From positions 103,542,001-103,606,000 of the forward strand of contig NC_058368.1 in the NCBI RefSeq assembly GCF_018350175.1: 64,000 nucleotides of DNA, written 5' to 3'. The stretch comes from Felis catus. Its lineage: Eukaryota. Below, one piece after another: positions 39,816 through 52,283 of this stretch; positions within the stretch are counted from its first letter, which is position 1, and every line of letters starts with the position of its first letter. The translations under genes and the position numbers were made by a program. The notes under the pieces are model-generated. The model did not search any database. It was given only the letters and a program-made list of their open reading frames with translations, and had not been told where the DNA came from.

Positions 39816-39949
39816 ATTATCTGATGTAAAAATTATCTTATGACTCTCAGTAAGTATTTCTTGAATTATTAAATACCTGGGCTGCTTTCATGCATCAGTG
39901 TGCTATGGATTACAAAGTAAATTTTAAGGTCAATGAAAAAATAAAACTG

Positions 39950-40695
39950 TATTTACAATAGCCAAGATATGGAAGCAGCCCAAGTGTCCACCGATTGATG
40001 AATGAATAAAAAAAGATGTGGTTTATATATAATGGAATATTATTCAGCCATAAAAAAGAATGAAATTGTGCCATTTGCAATGACATGGATGGAGCCAGAG
40101 AGTATTGATGCTAAGCAAAGTAAGTCAGAGAAAAACAAATATCACATTATTCCACTCATATGTAGAATTTTAAAAACAAATGAGCAAAGGGAAAACAAAG
40201 AGAGAGAGAGAGAGAGAGAGAGAGACAAATCAAGAAACAGACTCTTGGGGCACCTGGGTGGCTCAGTCAGTTAGGTGACCCACTCTTGATTTCAGCTCAG
40301 GTCATGATCTCACAGTTTATAGGACTGAGCCCCACACTGGGCTCTGCATTGACAGGGTAGAGCCTACTTGGGACTCTCTCTCTTCTGTCTCTCTGTCCCT
40401 CTCACACATGCATGCACTCTCACTCTCTCTGTCTCTCTCAAAATAAATAAATAAAACATTAAAAAAAAAAAAAAGAAACACACTCCTAACTATACAGAAA
40501 AAACTGATGGTTACCAGAGGGGAGGATGGGGTAAAGGGAAGACAGGAATTAAGGAGTGCACCTGTTATGATGAGCACAAGGTGATGTATGGAAGTGCTTA
40601 ATTACTATATTGTCCACCTGAAACTAATACTATACTATATGCTAACTAAATGCAATTAAAATAAAAACTGAAAAAAATATTAAAAAAATAAAACT
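39950..40695 (+). mobile_element. Carnivore L1 3' end (ORF2 C-terminus and 3'UTR) split by a SINE
   Basis: MEYYSAIKKNEIVPFAMTWME motif; 3'UTR tactatattgtccacctgaaactaat; A tail. Confidence 0.92.
40247..40473 (+). mobile_element. Can-SINE within L1
   Basis: TSD aagaaaca(g/c)actc. Confidence 0.93.
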
Positions 40696-42534
40696 AAAGC
40701 TGAATGGCCTTTTAAAAGTATCTACTATGTACCAAATACTTAAGGTGTTTTATTATCACAAAATCATGCCATTTTTATGGAATTATAATTCCCATTTTAT
40801 AAAGAAATTAAGATGGAAGGAAATTAGGTAAATTTCTTAAAATTCAGTTGGTAATCGCAGAGCTTAATTTTAATCCCATTCCCCTTCTGAATTCAGACAT
40901 ATCTACTGTACCGCACAGCCTAACGGTAAGCACTTCTGATGGATAGATAGCTTCAGATAATCTTCATAAACCCTGCAGTTAAAATTCTTTGAACTCTAGT
41001 ATGTTTCTCTGCCTCTTCTATGTGCTGCAACACACATTCAGGAAACAAGCAATTCCTGTCGGATGTACTGCATTCATATTATTTGTTTCAATTTCCTTGT
41101 CACAAAACTGTCTGGAATTACAATTATATATCATTATCCTTAAAGACATCTCATCTCCATAAATCTTGGGCCTGAATTATTGGGGTACAACCAATCTGCA
41201 GATGTCACCTTCCATACATATAAAATTAATGTTTTCCTCAATTACTTAGTCATTGAAACTGAGCAGAATACCATTTTCTAGTAGCTGGGGCAAGAACACA
41301 TGACGAAGAGAAAAGCATAAGCAAGGCATATAATAACAGATCGGACCTAAGCTGTTGGAGGGCCAACATGTTTAACGCTCGGAGGCAGAACCCAAGGTCC
41401 AAAGAGGTTAAATAACTGGAACAATACTAAGCAGCTTGCTATGGCATCGCCAGTGGCATGATAATCACTTTATAACATACACACCACTTATGAGTTACTG
41501 TTTCTCTGATGATTGGCTCATAAATAATAAACCGTAATGTTTCATCCTACGAGTTTTATGATTTCTCCGTTCCTGACTTTGCCTAATTCTTTTTCCTTAC
41601 TTCCAATGCCCATATTCCCATTAACTGCTGAGTTCTGTAATCCTCTTCCTTTCACTACAATTTTCATTAGTTACACTAATTGGACAATAAACTACTACCC
41701 CACAAGGGGCAAATTCTTTCTCATTTCAGTAGCTATGAAAATGAAAACCCCAGGTAAATTTAATTGGGTTTTTATGGTAACAGTTGGGAAGTCGGATTTT
41801 CATAGTCCAGAAATCTTAAGAACACTCATATTTGGTGGTCTCAAATTTACCCTAGCATTTGTGCATGAATTCAACAAAAGGTTTACTGAGCAACCACCGC
41901 CCTGCAAGAATTTACTCATAGAAGATGATTCATTTATATTCCTTGCCCACAATGAGGTCACTCACAGGTGAGTGAAGTAAACATACACAAAGAAGTAAAC
42001 GGACACAAGAATGGCTATTAAAATATTACATAATAATATATGTGGTAAGAACTTCTGGGAAAAATATAGCCCAAATGAGGTGCAGAATTCCTTTTTTTTT
42101 TTTCTTTGATGTTTGGACATAGGTATACACCAGGAAACGACCACCATTACCAAGCTAATTTTGAAGAGACCGTCCTTTCCCCATTGTACGTTCTTGGCAC
42201 TGATGTCAAAGATCAAGTGACTATAAATATGTAGATTTATTTCTGGGCCCTCTATTCTGTTCCACTGGCTTATGTGTCTGTTCTTACGCCAGGGCCATTC
42301 CGTTTTGGTTACTAAAGCTGTGCAGTACTGTTTGAAACCAGAAAGCATGACACCCCAGCTTTGTTCTTCTTGATCAAGATTACTTTGACCATTTGGAGTC
42401 TTTTGTGGTTCCACTTGAATTTTAAGATTATTTTCTTCTACTTCTATAAAGAATGCCTTTGGAATTTTGATAGAGGTTGCAATGAATCTGCAGATCACTT
42501 TGGGTAGCATGGACACTTTAAGAATATTAATCCC

Positions 42535-42760
42535 GGGGCACCTGGGTGGCTCGGTCGGTTAAGCGTCCGACTTCGGCTCAGGTCATGATCTCAAGGTCCG
42601 TGAGTTCGAGCCCCGCGTCGGCTCTGTGCTGACCGCTCAGAGCCTGGAGACTGTTTCAGATTCTGTGTCTCCCTCTCTCTCTGCCCCTCCCCTGTTCATG
42701 CTCTGTCTCTCTCTGTCTCAAAAATAAATAAACGTTAAAAATAAAAAAAAATTTTTAAAA
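42535..42760 (+). mobile_element. Young SINEC_Fc-type SINE within L1
   Basis: TSD aagaatattaatccc. Confidence 0.96.
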
Positions 42761-43315
42761 AAGAATATTAATCCCTCTAATCCATGAACTCAGGATGTCT
42801 TTCCATTTATCCCTGTCTTCTCTAACCTCCTTCATTAATGCTCTATAATTTTCAGTGCAAAAGTTCTTCACCAGCTTGGTTAAATTTATTCCTTGTTTCA
42901 GATGTTTGCATCTACCTTCATCATTGAATTTGGCTTTTACTTTCCGTTCTCATATAGGCATTTTTTCATTTGATCACAGTGTATCGTGACCCCATAACAT
43001 GAGTTAAAGTTTATTTTTTCTATGTCTATACTCTTCAAGATTTTCAGTAATATTGCTAATCACATTTCTTGAATGGTTGGTAGAAGGCATCTGAAAAGCT
43101 TTCTTTTATATGTGTTATAAGACTTTGCCCTTCAGGTTAAATTTCCCTAATAGTTATATGTTTATTCTTGCTGACTATTTCTCCTTGACTCAATCCTGAT
43201 GGAGCATTTTTCTAGAGTTTTATTTATTGTTTCAAATTTATTGGAATAGAGTTGCTTGTGAAATTCTCTACATCTTTACTCCATATTCAAATCTGTAGCT
43301 CCCTTTTTCTTTACC

Positions 43316-43530
43316 TTTTTTTTTTAAGTTTATTTACTTTTTTTAAGAGAGCAAGAGACACACAGAGCATGCAACCAGAGAGGGGCAGACAGAAAGCATA
43401 GAGAGAGAATCCCAACCAGGCTTCACACTGTCAGCACCCGACGCAGGGCTGGAACTCACAAACCATGATATCATGACCCAAGCTGAAACCCAGAGTCAGA
43501 TACTTAACCAACTGAGCCACCAGGCACCCC
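43316..43530 (-). mobile_element. Can-SINE
   Basis: Reversed head and tail. Confidence 0.9.
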
Positions 43531-45359
43531 TGTAGTTCGCTTTTTCATTCTTACTTTATTTGTGGCATTGTTCTTGGGGCTTTTTTTTTCCTTTAAGTTC
43601 ATCAATATTATCAGAAGCTTATCAATTAAATAAGCTTCCCAAGAAGTCACTTACAACCTTTTTGATCCTCTTCATTAGAGCTCCATTTCCTATTCTATTG
43701 ATATTTGAGATTTCTTCATTACCTTTTCTATTTTCTCTGAATTCATTCACTTTAAGTGCTTACCTCATTAATTATTAGGCTTTCTTCTTCTCCACTTAAG
43801 GTTATAAATTATTCTCGAATACCATTTTAGTTGTATCCTGTGAGTTTTATATGTAGTATTTATTTGTCATTCAAGTTTATTATTTTCGATTTCCATTATA
43901 ATTTCTTATTTGATCAGTGGATTATTTTTTTTTAATTTCAAAATGGCTGGCTTTTTTTTCTCTTTAGTAATAACCGTACTGTCAATTCTTGCATGCTTTC
44001 TAATTATTTTTGCATTGTTCCAATACTTCCTGACATCGAGTCCTTTTTCACTAGTCTCTCTTTTTATCTTTTGGTTAGAGTTCCAAGAACTCAGAGCAAA
44101 AACAAAACAAAACAAAACAAAACCTTCCTTAAAAGATTTCCAAAGGATTGACAACTGAAGAGTAGAAAACATCCTGAGGAAAGACCCAAAAACTGAACTT
44201 TACAAATAGAGAAATATGGTTTCACTGCTACTTTCTGACAAGAGAGGAGACAGGAGATAGTTTTTATGGATAACTCCCCTCTCCCCCACCCAGGAAAAAT
44301 AAAAGTATTCTCTCTATAAATACCCAGTAAGAGAGTCCCTCCATTTCATGTATCACAATATTCTTTAGATTCAAGCATTACCTATGATTGGCAATTACAG
44401 TGAAGGTCTATAAAACACAATGAGTTGGAATACCATTTTTTATTTGGTGTAATTACTATGATAGCTGAGAAGTGGTATGATGTAAATTTTATGACTGTGA
44501 GGCTACTGGTATTATGTATCTTCCTAGATTTGGGAATTTTAGAAACAGTGGACTAATTGATGGGTGAGTACAATTTTGGAGATCATGAATGATCTACACT
44601 AGATGCAGTGGACAGAGAACAGCTCAAGGTATAGCTGCTGAAGAAGGAATTCGGTCATGAATTAGGTGTATGAGTGAGTGTTCTCTGTTTTAGAATTAGG
44701 TGATGAGTGAGTGTTCTGTTTAGGACTGCACAGAAGAGAAAAATTGGATAAGGATTATTTTCAGACTTGAACTTTACTAAACATTTAATTTCTATAAGAT
44801 GAGTGATTCCATCTGTGGGCTTTCTTTATGGAAAATTAATAATAGAAAACACTGTATTCACCCTGTTTGAATTTGGGCCTTTTTGAATTGATGATAATGA
44901 GTGAGGAATGTAACACTGTCAACTGTCCACTGTATAACCTCTTCAAACGTGCTGCGTTAGACAACACAATTAAGCATAAAAGAGAATGGAAAAGAAAAAG
45001 AACATTCAGTGGAAATATGGTGGAACTTTGTAGTTAACATAATGGATATCTTAATATGACCCATTTTAGAGATTTTATTGTAAGACAGCAGACAAGCATC
45101 CCTGGCAAGCCAGAAGTGCTCAGCTCCTCACTGATCCCAGACAGCTGTGTACCCTAGGAAGCAATTACATATAGGAAGGTGAAGGACTTTGCTGATGCCC
45201 TACCATCCCCTGCAAAGAAGAGGGATTAGCCATATCTCTGGTTTCCAACAGGTTTGGCTTTTAGCTTAATTGCTTAAAAAAAAAAAGAATTATACACACA
45301 CACACACACATACACACACACACTTACATATCTGTCTATTGACACTTTGAGAGACAAGT

Positions 45360-45418
45360 GGGAAAATATTTCTAACCAAATGTGATACTGTATTTTATAA
45401 TAAGGAATAGATAGATAG

Positions 45419-45477
<59 letters not shown>

Positions 45478-46195
45478 TTGACCTTCATCCCTGTCTACTC
45501 CTGACACAGAGCTTCTAAAATGCTTGGAATTTCCTAAGTGAGGAGAGAGATTAAAATATCTTTTGTGATGTTAATGAAATGGCTTTTGGAATGTGCCAGT
45601 GGAGCCAACCACCAGCCATGCCACTGGAGGATTGGGACTTTCATTTGCACCCCAGACCTCTGGGACAGGAGTGGCTGGAAGTTGAATCAATTGCCAATGG
45701 CCAATGAGTTATATCAATCATACCTATGTAACAAAGCCTCCATAAAAACCCAAAAGGACAGGATGTGTAGAACTTCCTGGTTAATGAACATAGGGCGATG
45801 TGTGGAGAGTGGAACTCTCAGAGCAGGGAAGCTCCATGACACTTCTCTCATGCCTTGCCCTCAGCACCTCTTCCATTTGGCTATTCCCGAGTTATACCCT
45901 TTTATAATAAATCAGTAATCTATCAAGTAAAATGTTTCCCTGAGTTCTGTCATTCCAACAAATTAATTGAACCCAAAGCAGGTGTCCTTGGACTCTCCGA
46001 TCTAAAGCCAGTCAGCAGAAGCAAGGGTGACAACCCTGGACCTGGGGCTAGAGCCTGAAGTGGGGGTAGGAGAGGGCATTCTGGTAGGACTGAACCCTTA
46101 CCTTGTGGAATCTATCTCCTTGTGATGCTATCTCCAATGTTTGAGAATTACTTGGTGTTGAGGGGTAAAACACACCAAAACTGGTGTTTGTACCA
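45360..46195 (+). mobile_element. MER21-like LTR with (TA)n expansion
   Basis: ctcctgacacagagcttctaaaatgcttggaatttcct; aagcctccataaaaacccaaaagga; cctttataataaa..agtaaaatgtttccctgagttctg. Confidence 0.75.
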
Positions 46196-46470
46196 CTCCA
46201 ACTTGGTTTTTCCAGAATTGTACCTGGTACCAGAATTGTACCACCCCTACTCACTTCTTCCAAAGCAGGTGATACAAATCTCACTGTATCAATTCCATAT
46301 CACCAAAGGAACTCTACTTACAAATGGTTAGGCTTAGAGTCAGGTAAAAGTCAAGTGTTAAGCATGTGGCTTTCACTAGCACTTTCTTCTCAGAAAATAA
46401 GAAAAAATAAGAGCCAGGTCCTGCCTCATCTGCATGAGCCCCAGATAATTTCTTTCTTCATCAGTCCTCC

Positions 46471-46820
46471 ATGGTAATTATGTGTCAACTTGGCTAGGCT
46501 ATAGCCCCCTTTTATTGAATCAAACACTACACTACATGTTGCTATGAAGGTATTTTGATTAAAGTGTGTAATCAGTTGACTTTAAGTAAGGGAAATGACC
46601 CCAGAGAATCTGAGTAGGCCTCATTCAATCAGCCGAAAGGCCTCAACAAAGAAGTCAAGGCTTCTATAAAATAGAAGAAATCCTGCTGTGGACAGTAGCT
46701 GCCACCCACAAAGGTTTCCAGCCTGACAGCCCTGAGGGACCTCAGACTTGCCTTGCCAGCCCTCACTATCATGTCAACCCACTCCTTGAAATGAATCTCT
46801 TTTTATATATAGGGACTATT
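46471..46820 (+). mobile_element. MLT2-like ERVL LTR
   Basis: atggtaattatgtgtcaacttggctaggctatag..aatcagttgactttaagtaa..ggcctcattcaatcag. Confidence 0.82.
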
Positions 46821-47271
46821 TATATGGACTATAATCATCCTCAGTCACCCATAATCATCCTTTCAAGCCCCATGGCTAAAAAGTAGTAGGACTTTTGTTT
46901 AAGTTTAGAAAAAGGCCCTGCCTAGGATGTAGCTAAAGTCATGAGCTCCAGCCCAATTTTCCAGAAAGTTCTGTACTGGAGTAAGAGGCTTCCATCTAAC
47001 AAAGCAATACCATATTCTTTCTTTATAACCCTCCTTTTTGTTTTTATCTCTTTCAGGAAGCTCTGTGGTCACGGTAAATTAGCCAAGGCAGAATCCTGGA
47101 ATTTCTGGATATAGTCCCTATTCCATAAAGTTATCTTAATATAAGAGGTCATCAAAACCTCACTGAAATCTGAAAACACATACACATACACAGTCATATC
47201 CAGACATGCACTATTACATTCCTTCAGCCTACCTCTGAGTTCACCTGTAGCAACATGGGACAGTTCCTAGT

Positions 47272-47304
<33 letters not shown>

Positions 47305-47959
47305 CTCCCCCACTGAAAAACTGTGTCTCTGAGATTCTCTGCCTGAAAGCTTCATTCACTGCCATGGGAGCTTGCTCAACCCTGTGCCAAAAAGCCTGCA
47401 ATGCATGGAGTTTTAAGGCCCTTAGCATCTTTCAAACAATGAGGGATAGAAGCCAGAGCATAAGTATCTCAGATTTCCCATTACAATGTGAAAAAATTCC
47501 CAGGAGTTTTCCACATGGTTCTTCAGAGGGGTACAGTCGGGAACAGTTCTTTGACTTGAATTTATTCGATGGGTAGATAAAGGTCCCAAGCCCTTCAACA
47601 GACCATTTGGAATTGCTCTGTTTTGCTATTATGAATACTTCCCCCCCCCAAAAAAAAATGTGTTTAAGAAGTATCTGTTAGAGGTTAGAGTAAATCTTTT
47701 CATTCGATGGCAATAGAGCATAGTATGATTCAGGACGGAGAAGGACCAGGCCTCTGTTTTGTCAAGCAGGAAAAGGCCCATTTTGAAAAAAAGAGACAGG
47801 GGGAGAAAAGAACACTCAACATTTCGGGATTCTTTGGGCACTTGGGAAAGAAATATTAGAAAACCAAAGGACTCCATGGAAGAAAAAACAGCATTAACAG
47901 ACTTGTAATATAAAGAACCACAACAAATTTGTCTCCCACTATCCCATCATTAGAGTTAG

Positions 47960-48130
47960 AAAACCGTGTTTAAATATTAGATCCGCCACTTAGTGAATAT
48001 TTCATATTAATAAAATGACAAGACATTCCTGAGCCTCAGGTTTTCATCTATAAAATGGGAATAATCTGATGAATAAAAGAAATAATTTATGTAAAATGCT
48101 ATGAACTTTAAAAAATATATGCACATGTTT
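47960..48130 (+). mobile_element. MIR fragment
   Basis: ctgagcctcaggttttcatctataaaatgggaataat core. Confidence 0.75.
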
Positions 48131-51100
48131 TAGAAATTATTATCATAAAAGATCTAGCTTTAGACAGGCAAGAAACTAATATGTTGTAAAAGCACATTAA
48201 TACAAAAAATTATAATAATACAAAAAGACTAAAGTTCTAAATCCCCAGGTTTAATTAACCCAACATTTCGAAGAAGACAGGCTTGCTACAGCATGGTTAG
48301 GAGCAAATCTGCTCTATAAATCCCATTGTCTGCTTATAAGTTTGCCTATTCAATTTGGCATTGCACTTTTATAATCATACAATACATATCAAAGGCCTGT
48401 GTTAGCTAAGAGGTCACAGAGCGCACATTCAACAGAAAGACAAAAGTACAGAATGAACTGACCATGAAAAAGAAAATAATTTTTTGACCAGAGAAACAAT
48501 AATATTTGCCCTTTATCTGGAAATGATTTCATGTCCAGAGGGTCTTTTTCCAAAAATAAAGTGCAGGTGGATTTTATGTTTCCTTTTATGGTCATTATAT
48601 ACCAGTAAACAAATAAGCCAAAGAAGTAATGGGAGAGTGGAGGTTGGGAGGGCGGGCACCTAAAACAAAAACAAAACAAGAGCAAAACAACTGTGATTTT
48701 CCTTTTTAAGGGGCCAAAAAAAACATTCACTGTTTGCCCAGAGAGAATCCTCCTGACTTCCAGATCAAAGGCATTAAGAGTACTTCAGCTAGCAATCTTG
48801 TCCAATTTTAAAACTATCTTATCAAATGGTATCTGCTATTAACTACCAATATAAACACAGCATGAAAATGAAGGTCAAATGCTGTAGTTTGAATGTTAAA
48901 TAAGGCTCAGAATATAAGTAGCTTTTAACAGGGCAAATTTTGCTTATTTTAAAGAAATTCACTCTAAAAATGTACTCCTAAACCACACGGCAGGCTACAT
49001 ATTCTTTCCCAGGGTCCAGTAAGAATGATTTTCCGGTCTTCATTGGGTTTCTTTTCTTCTCGTTGACAATGTCATGGGGTTCAGGACACTGCACTCTGTC
49101 TTTATAAAGTCAATCCTGCAATGAATACCTTCTCAGCTTTATCCTCAAAACTCCAGCAATGAATTTTCCAAAAGAGGGTGAACCTTTTACTAATGATAAA
49201 ATTTTCTAGTGGTGGTATTACAGACGCACAATCAAAGAAGGAACCTAGGGTTTTCCTGTTAAAATTGCCCATTCCAGAAAACTGCACCTGTGAGGCCTAA
49301 GAACGTCATTTGTGAATGTCATTAACACTAGGGTGTTCCGGGCTCTACTATAGTTTTATCTCCTTGGTTAGCTTTATTATGATTACTAGAAAGACTGCTG
49401 ACCCCAGTCCCCAAATACTTCTCCTCATCAACCATTTGGTATTTATAATTCTATCATTAACGATAATAATGTCTCTGTGTATTGTGGTTGTTTCTGATTA
49501 GAAGGCAACTGGGAAAGAATGGCAAGTCAGTCACTGTTTGCTGTTAACAGCTATTTGTGAACTCATGTATCACATTAGGGAGTAACACCTCACACAGCTT
49601 AAGACATCTCAGTTTTGATGGAAGAAGCAGATAGGCTGGGATCTGGAGGAGACTGGTTCAAGAGGACATAGTTGTGAGGTCTGAGTGATGAAACAACTTT
49701 CGACAATCAGATATAAGTGCTCTACTGGACAAGAAGATACAAACTGCAAAAGGAAGCCACAAAAAATACTAGCTCATTGCTGCTTTCCAGACTATCCCTA
49801 AATCTAAGTGTCCCCACCACCTGTGTCTGATAGAAGCCAATTCCTCAAAGTTCAAGTATCCACGTATACTGACTCTGAAAGAGGTCTTAGCAACTGTGAC
49901 CAAACACTTCCCCCTCCGGGAAGTTGTAAAAACACTGTCTTCGAGAATGTTGAGAAGGAGCAGTTCCATAGATGAGCCAAGTTCATACAAAGGATAAACA
50001 GCAAGCCCAGGACCCAGGCTTCCAAAGTCTGAGGTCAGTGTCCTTCTCAGAAACCACACTGCCCTTCTGGGTTTGAAGACTCATCCCAACCTCGTTTCCC
50101 CACAAATCCTGCCTTACATGGAAAAGGGAAAAAGAGAAATCTGCTAAATGACTTCTAACATGCAGGACGATATCTATGTGAAGTCCGACTTAACAGAAAT
50201 TACAGTCTCTCCACCTATTTCTAAATATCAGGGTGTGCTTTAGATTTACAATACTGAAAGGAAAATAGTTGTAATAAGCTTGGTGATTCCTAATGCCACC
50301 TGCCTCATAAATCAGTATAATAAGGGGAACCTGGGTTAAACCATCATTGTAAGGAGCCAACGTGTTCTAACAGCTTCATTCCTTTGCAGTGTATTTACTA
50401 CTCTTTCAAAAAAAAGTCACAGCCTTGGTGAAAAATAGAATTATACAGCCAGAAGAAACCACAATAAGGCCCTTAATTTACCCCCCACACTCCAATGGAC
50501 TTCATCTTAGATGGATTATCTACTGCCTATCATCTATGTCCTTTTTTAAAAAGAAAAAAAAAATAACCTCATAAAATGGGCTCAAAAAAGTTCTTTTATA
50601 TGACAGCACTTTAAAAAGCACTAAGGCATTGTACAGATGTAAGGGATTATCGTTCTTTATGTTAAGGATAAAGAGAGTTCAAAATCTCTATCAGGAAAAA
50701 GACTACAATGTTTCTTTCACATTTTTTTCAAGCAGTTCTTTCTCATGTCCACCCTAAATCTCTCCTTATTCTAGTTACTCCCTTCTTCCCTCCTCTGCTT
50801 ATATAAATAGAAACAGAAAATAGAAACACAGGAGCTTAGGTTTGAAAAATACATCTCCTGGCTTATCCTTCGGATTTCACTAATGAAGAGGCTATGAATC
50901 TTGCCTATAAGGGCTGGACAGTAACGTAAATAAGGAAGTCAGGTGAGTAAGAAAACTTTCTTGGATCTCAAAAAACAAACAAACAATGGGCTGCATGATA
51001 AACAGCAGCTAATGCTCGGGCTGAGTGGAAGAGGCGGCGGAGAGCGTGGAGGCCAGGATAGCGCCAGCCCAACAAGGGTAGCAGGTGCCCAAATGAAACC

Positions 51101-51334
51101 ACGGAGAAACGCAAGCGCACTGCCAGCTGATTTCTCAAACTGGCATGCAAATCTTTACAGGAAACTCTCCTGGGTTTAAAACTGTATTGATCTTTTTTTA
51201 AACGGAAAAATACATAACACATATAAATACATAAATAAAACACCTACAAGCCTATTCCAGGCTTCACCCCGCTGGTTCACGACCTCTCGTCTCAGTGACA
51301 TGATCTGGAATCCTCGCTCTGGTGCGAGTTCTGT

Positions 51335-52283
51335 CTGGTTAAGAGCCTACGGGAGAACAGCCTCAGGGGTCATTCCTATTACCTATTCAGTGGCCTGAGC
51401 AGTGGGCGCTCCAGTCCGGTCCTCAGTGGCGGCCGAGGGCTCCAGTCTTCTGGAGGGAACTGCTGAGTAGGTGCAGGGGGTGGGCACTCCATGCCTTTAG
51501 ACCAGCCTGCCACCTCGGGTTGAGGAGCAGTAAATTTACGAGCTGAAGCAGTCCATCCACCCCGAAGCTCCCCCGCGTCACAGCCTTTGCAGCAGTAACC
51601 TGCTCTGCCTTCTCCAACTCTTCAGAATCTCCAGACAGAGACAGAGAGAGAGAGATCAGGTGTGACGTCTCTGCGTGCTTCCGGAACAGCGCCGCGCATG
51701 CGCGGAACTTCCGCCACACCTCGCGGCGGACCTGCTGAATGAACTCTCTTGTTGCTGCAGGGTATGGCGGCGTCCATACGGCAAAGAGGGGAGTTTGTGC
51801 TCCACAGAACAATGGTAGGCGGATTAATGGAAGGCACCTTTTTGTGGTTAGCCCTGGGATCAGTAACCATAGAAAGTCGTGGCTCCTGAAGGTTCTGGAG
51901 TGAAGCGGCTAGCAGTAGAAATGGCTCTCGTGGCAGCAGCAAACTTCAGCAGAGACCAATGACCAGTGTTTCTAGAGGATGTGATACCGCCTTCAGCCGG
52001 ATTTTCAATGGAAACAATGCTACAACTCACCAAAATGAGCTCCTCCCAGGTCTTCTGAAGACAGGATATAGATGCCTTCACTTTTCCTTATATATATCAA
52101 CTGTCCGTTTGGAAGTCAACATTGGTGCCACCCAAGTGGGTTTCTGCTGCTCAGTGTTGAAGCACATCTTCCTCCTTCATCTGCAGGCCATCAAGGGCTC
52201 TGGGCATCAAAAGTTTCCCTTTAAGTCACAATGGGAATCCAGGACAGTACTATTTGGACCCCTCTCTGGGTAGCGCAGAAAGG
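51335..52283 (-). pseudogene. RPSA: Processed (intronless) pseudogene of ribosomal protein SA / 37-kDa laminin receptor precursor
   Basis: The minus strand carries an RPSA-like 5'UTR (CTTTCTGCGCTACC...GGATTCCC...CTTAAAGGGAAACTTT) and an ATG at 52207. It translates MPRALDGLQMKEEDVL, KTWEEL..SIENPAE..SSRNTG..LKFAAAT..RFTP, EPRL..VTDPRANH, IPCSNK and [14 protein letters not shown], all matching RPSA. There is a TGA at codon 19, several frameshifts and deletions, no introns, and a partial 3'UTR (GCTGTTCTCCCGTAGGCTCTTAA). No poly(A) or TSD is evident. Confidence 0.96.
51660..51782. promoter_or_regulatory. CpG-dense motif cluster inside the RPSA retrocopy (putative promoter/enhancer)
   Basis: About 15 CpG in ~120 bp; TGACGTC (51663-51669), CTTCCGG (51678-51684), palindrome CCGCGCATGCGCGG with NRF1 core (51692-51705), ACTTCCG ETS core (51707-51713). 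Confidence 0.5.

Larger units (their letters stand above)
42090..44000 (-). mobile_element. L1 ORF2 fragments (antisense)
   Basis: ORF 41962-42516 contains LPKVICRF..IKIP..FF and KNRHISQWNRIEGPEINLHIYSHLIFD, which are L1 ORF2 motifs. Confidence 0.88.

Noticed and set aside
41962..42516. Longest ORF in the track (184 aa)
   Set aside because: Degenerate, frameshifted L1 ORF2 fragment.
51423..52273. ORFs overlapping the RPSA copy as a functional retrogene
   Set aside because: TGA at codon 19, multiple frameshifts and deletions; the listed ORFs are fragments or off-frame/antisense readings.
51335..52283. Identification as the ortholog of human RPSAP52 (HMGA2 antisense)
   Set aside because: No HMGA2 or other synteny anchor is visible in the window, and RPSA has many retrocopies.
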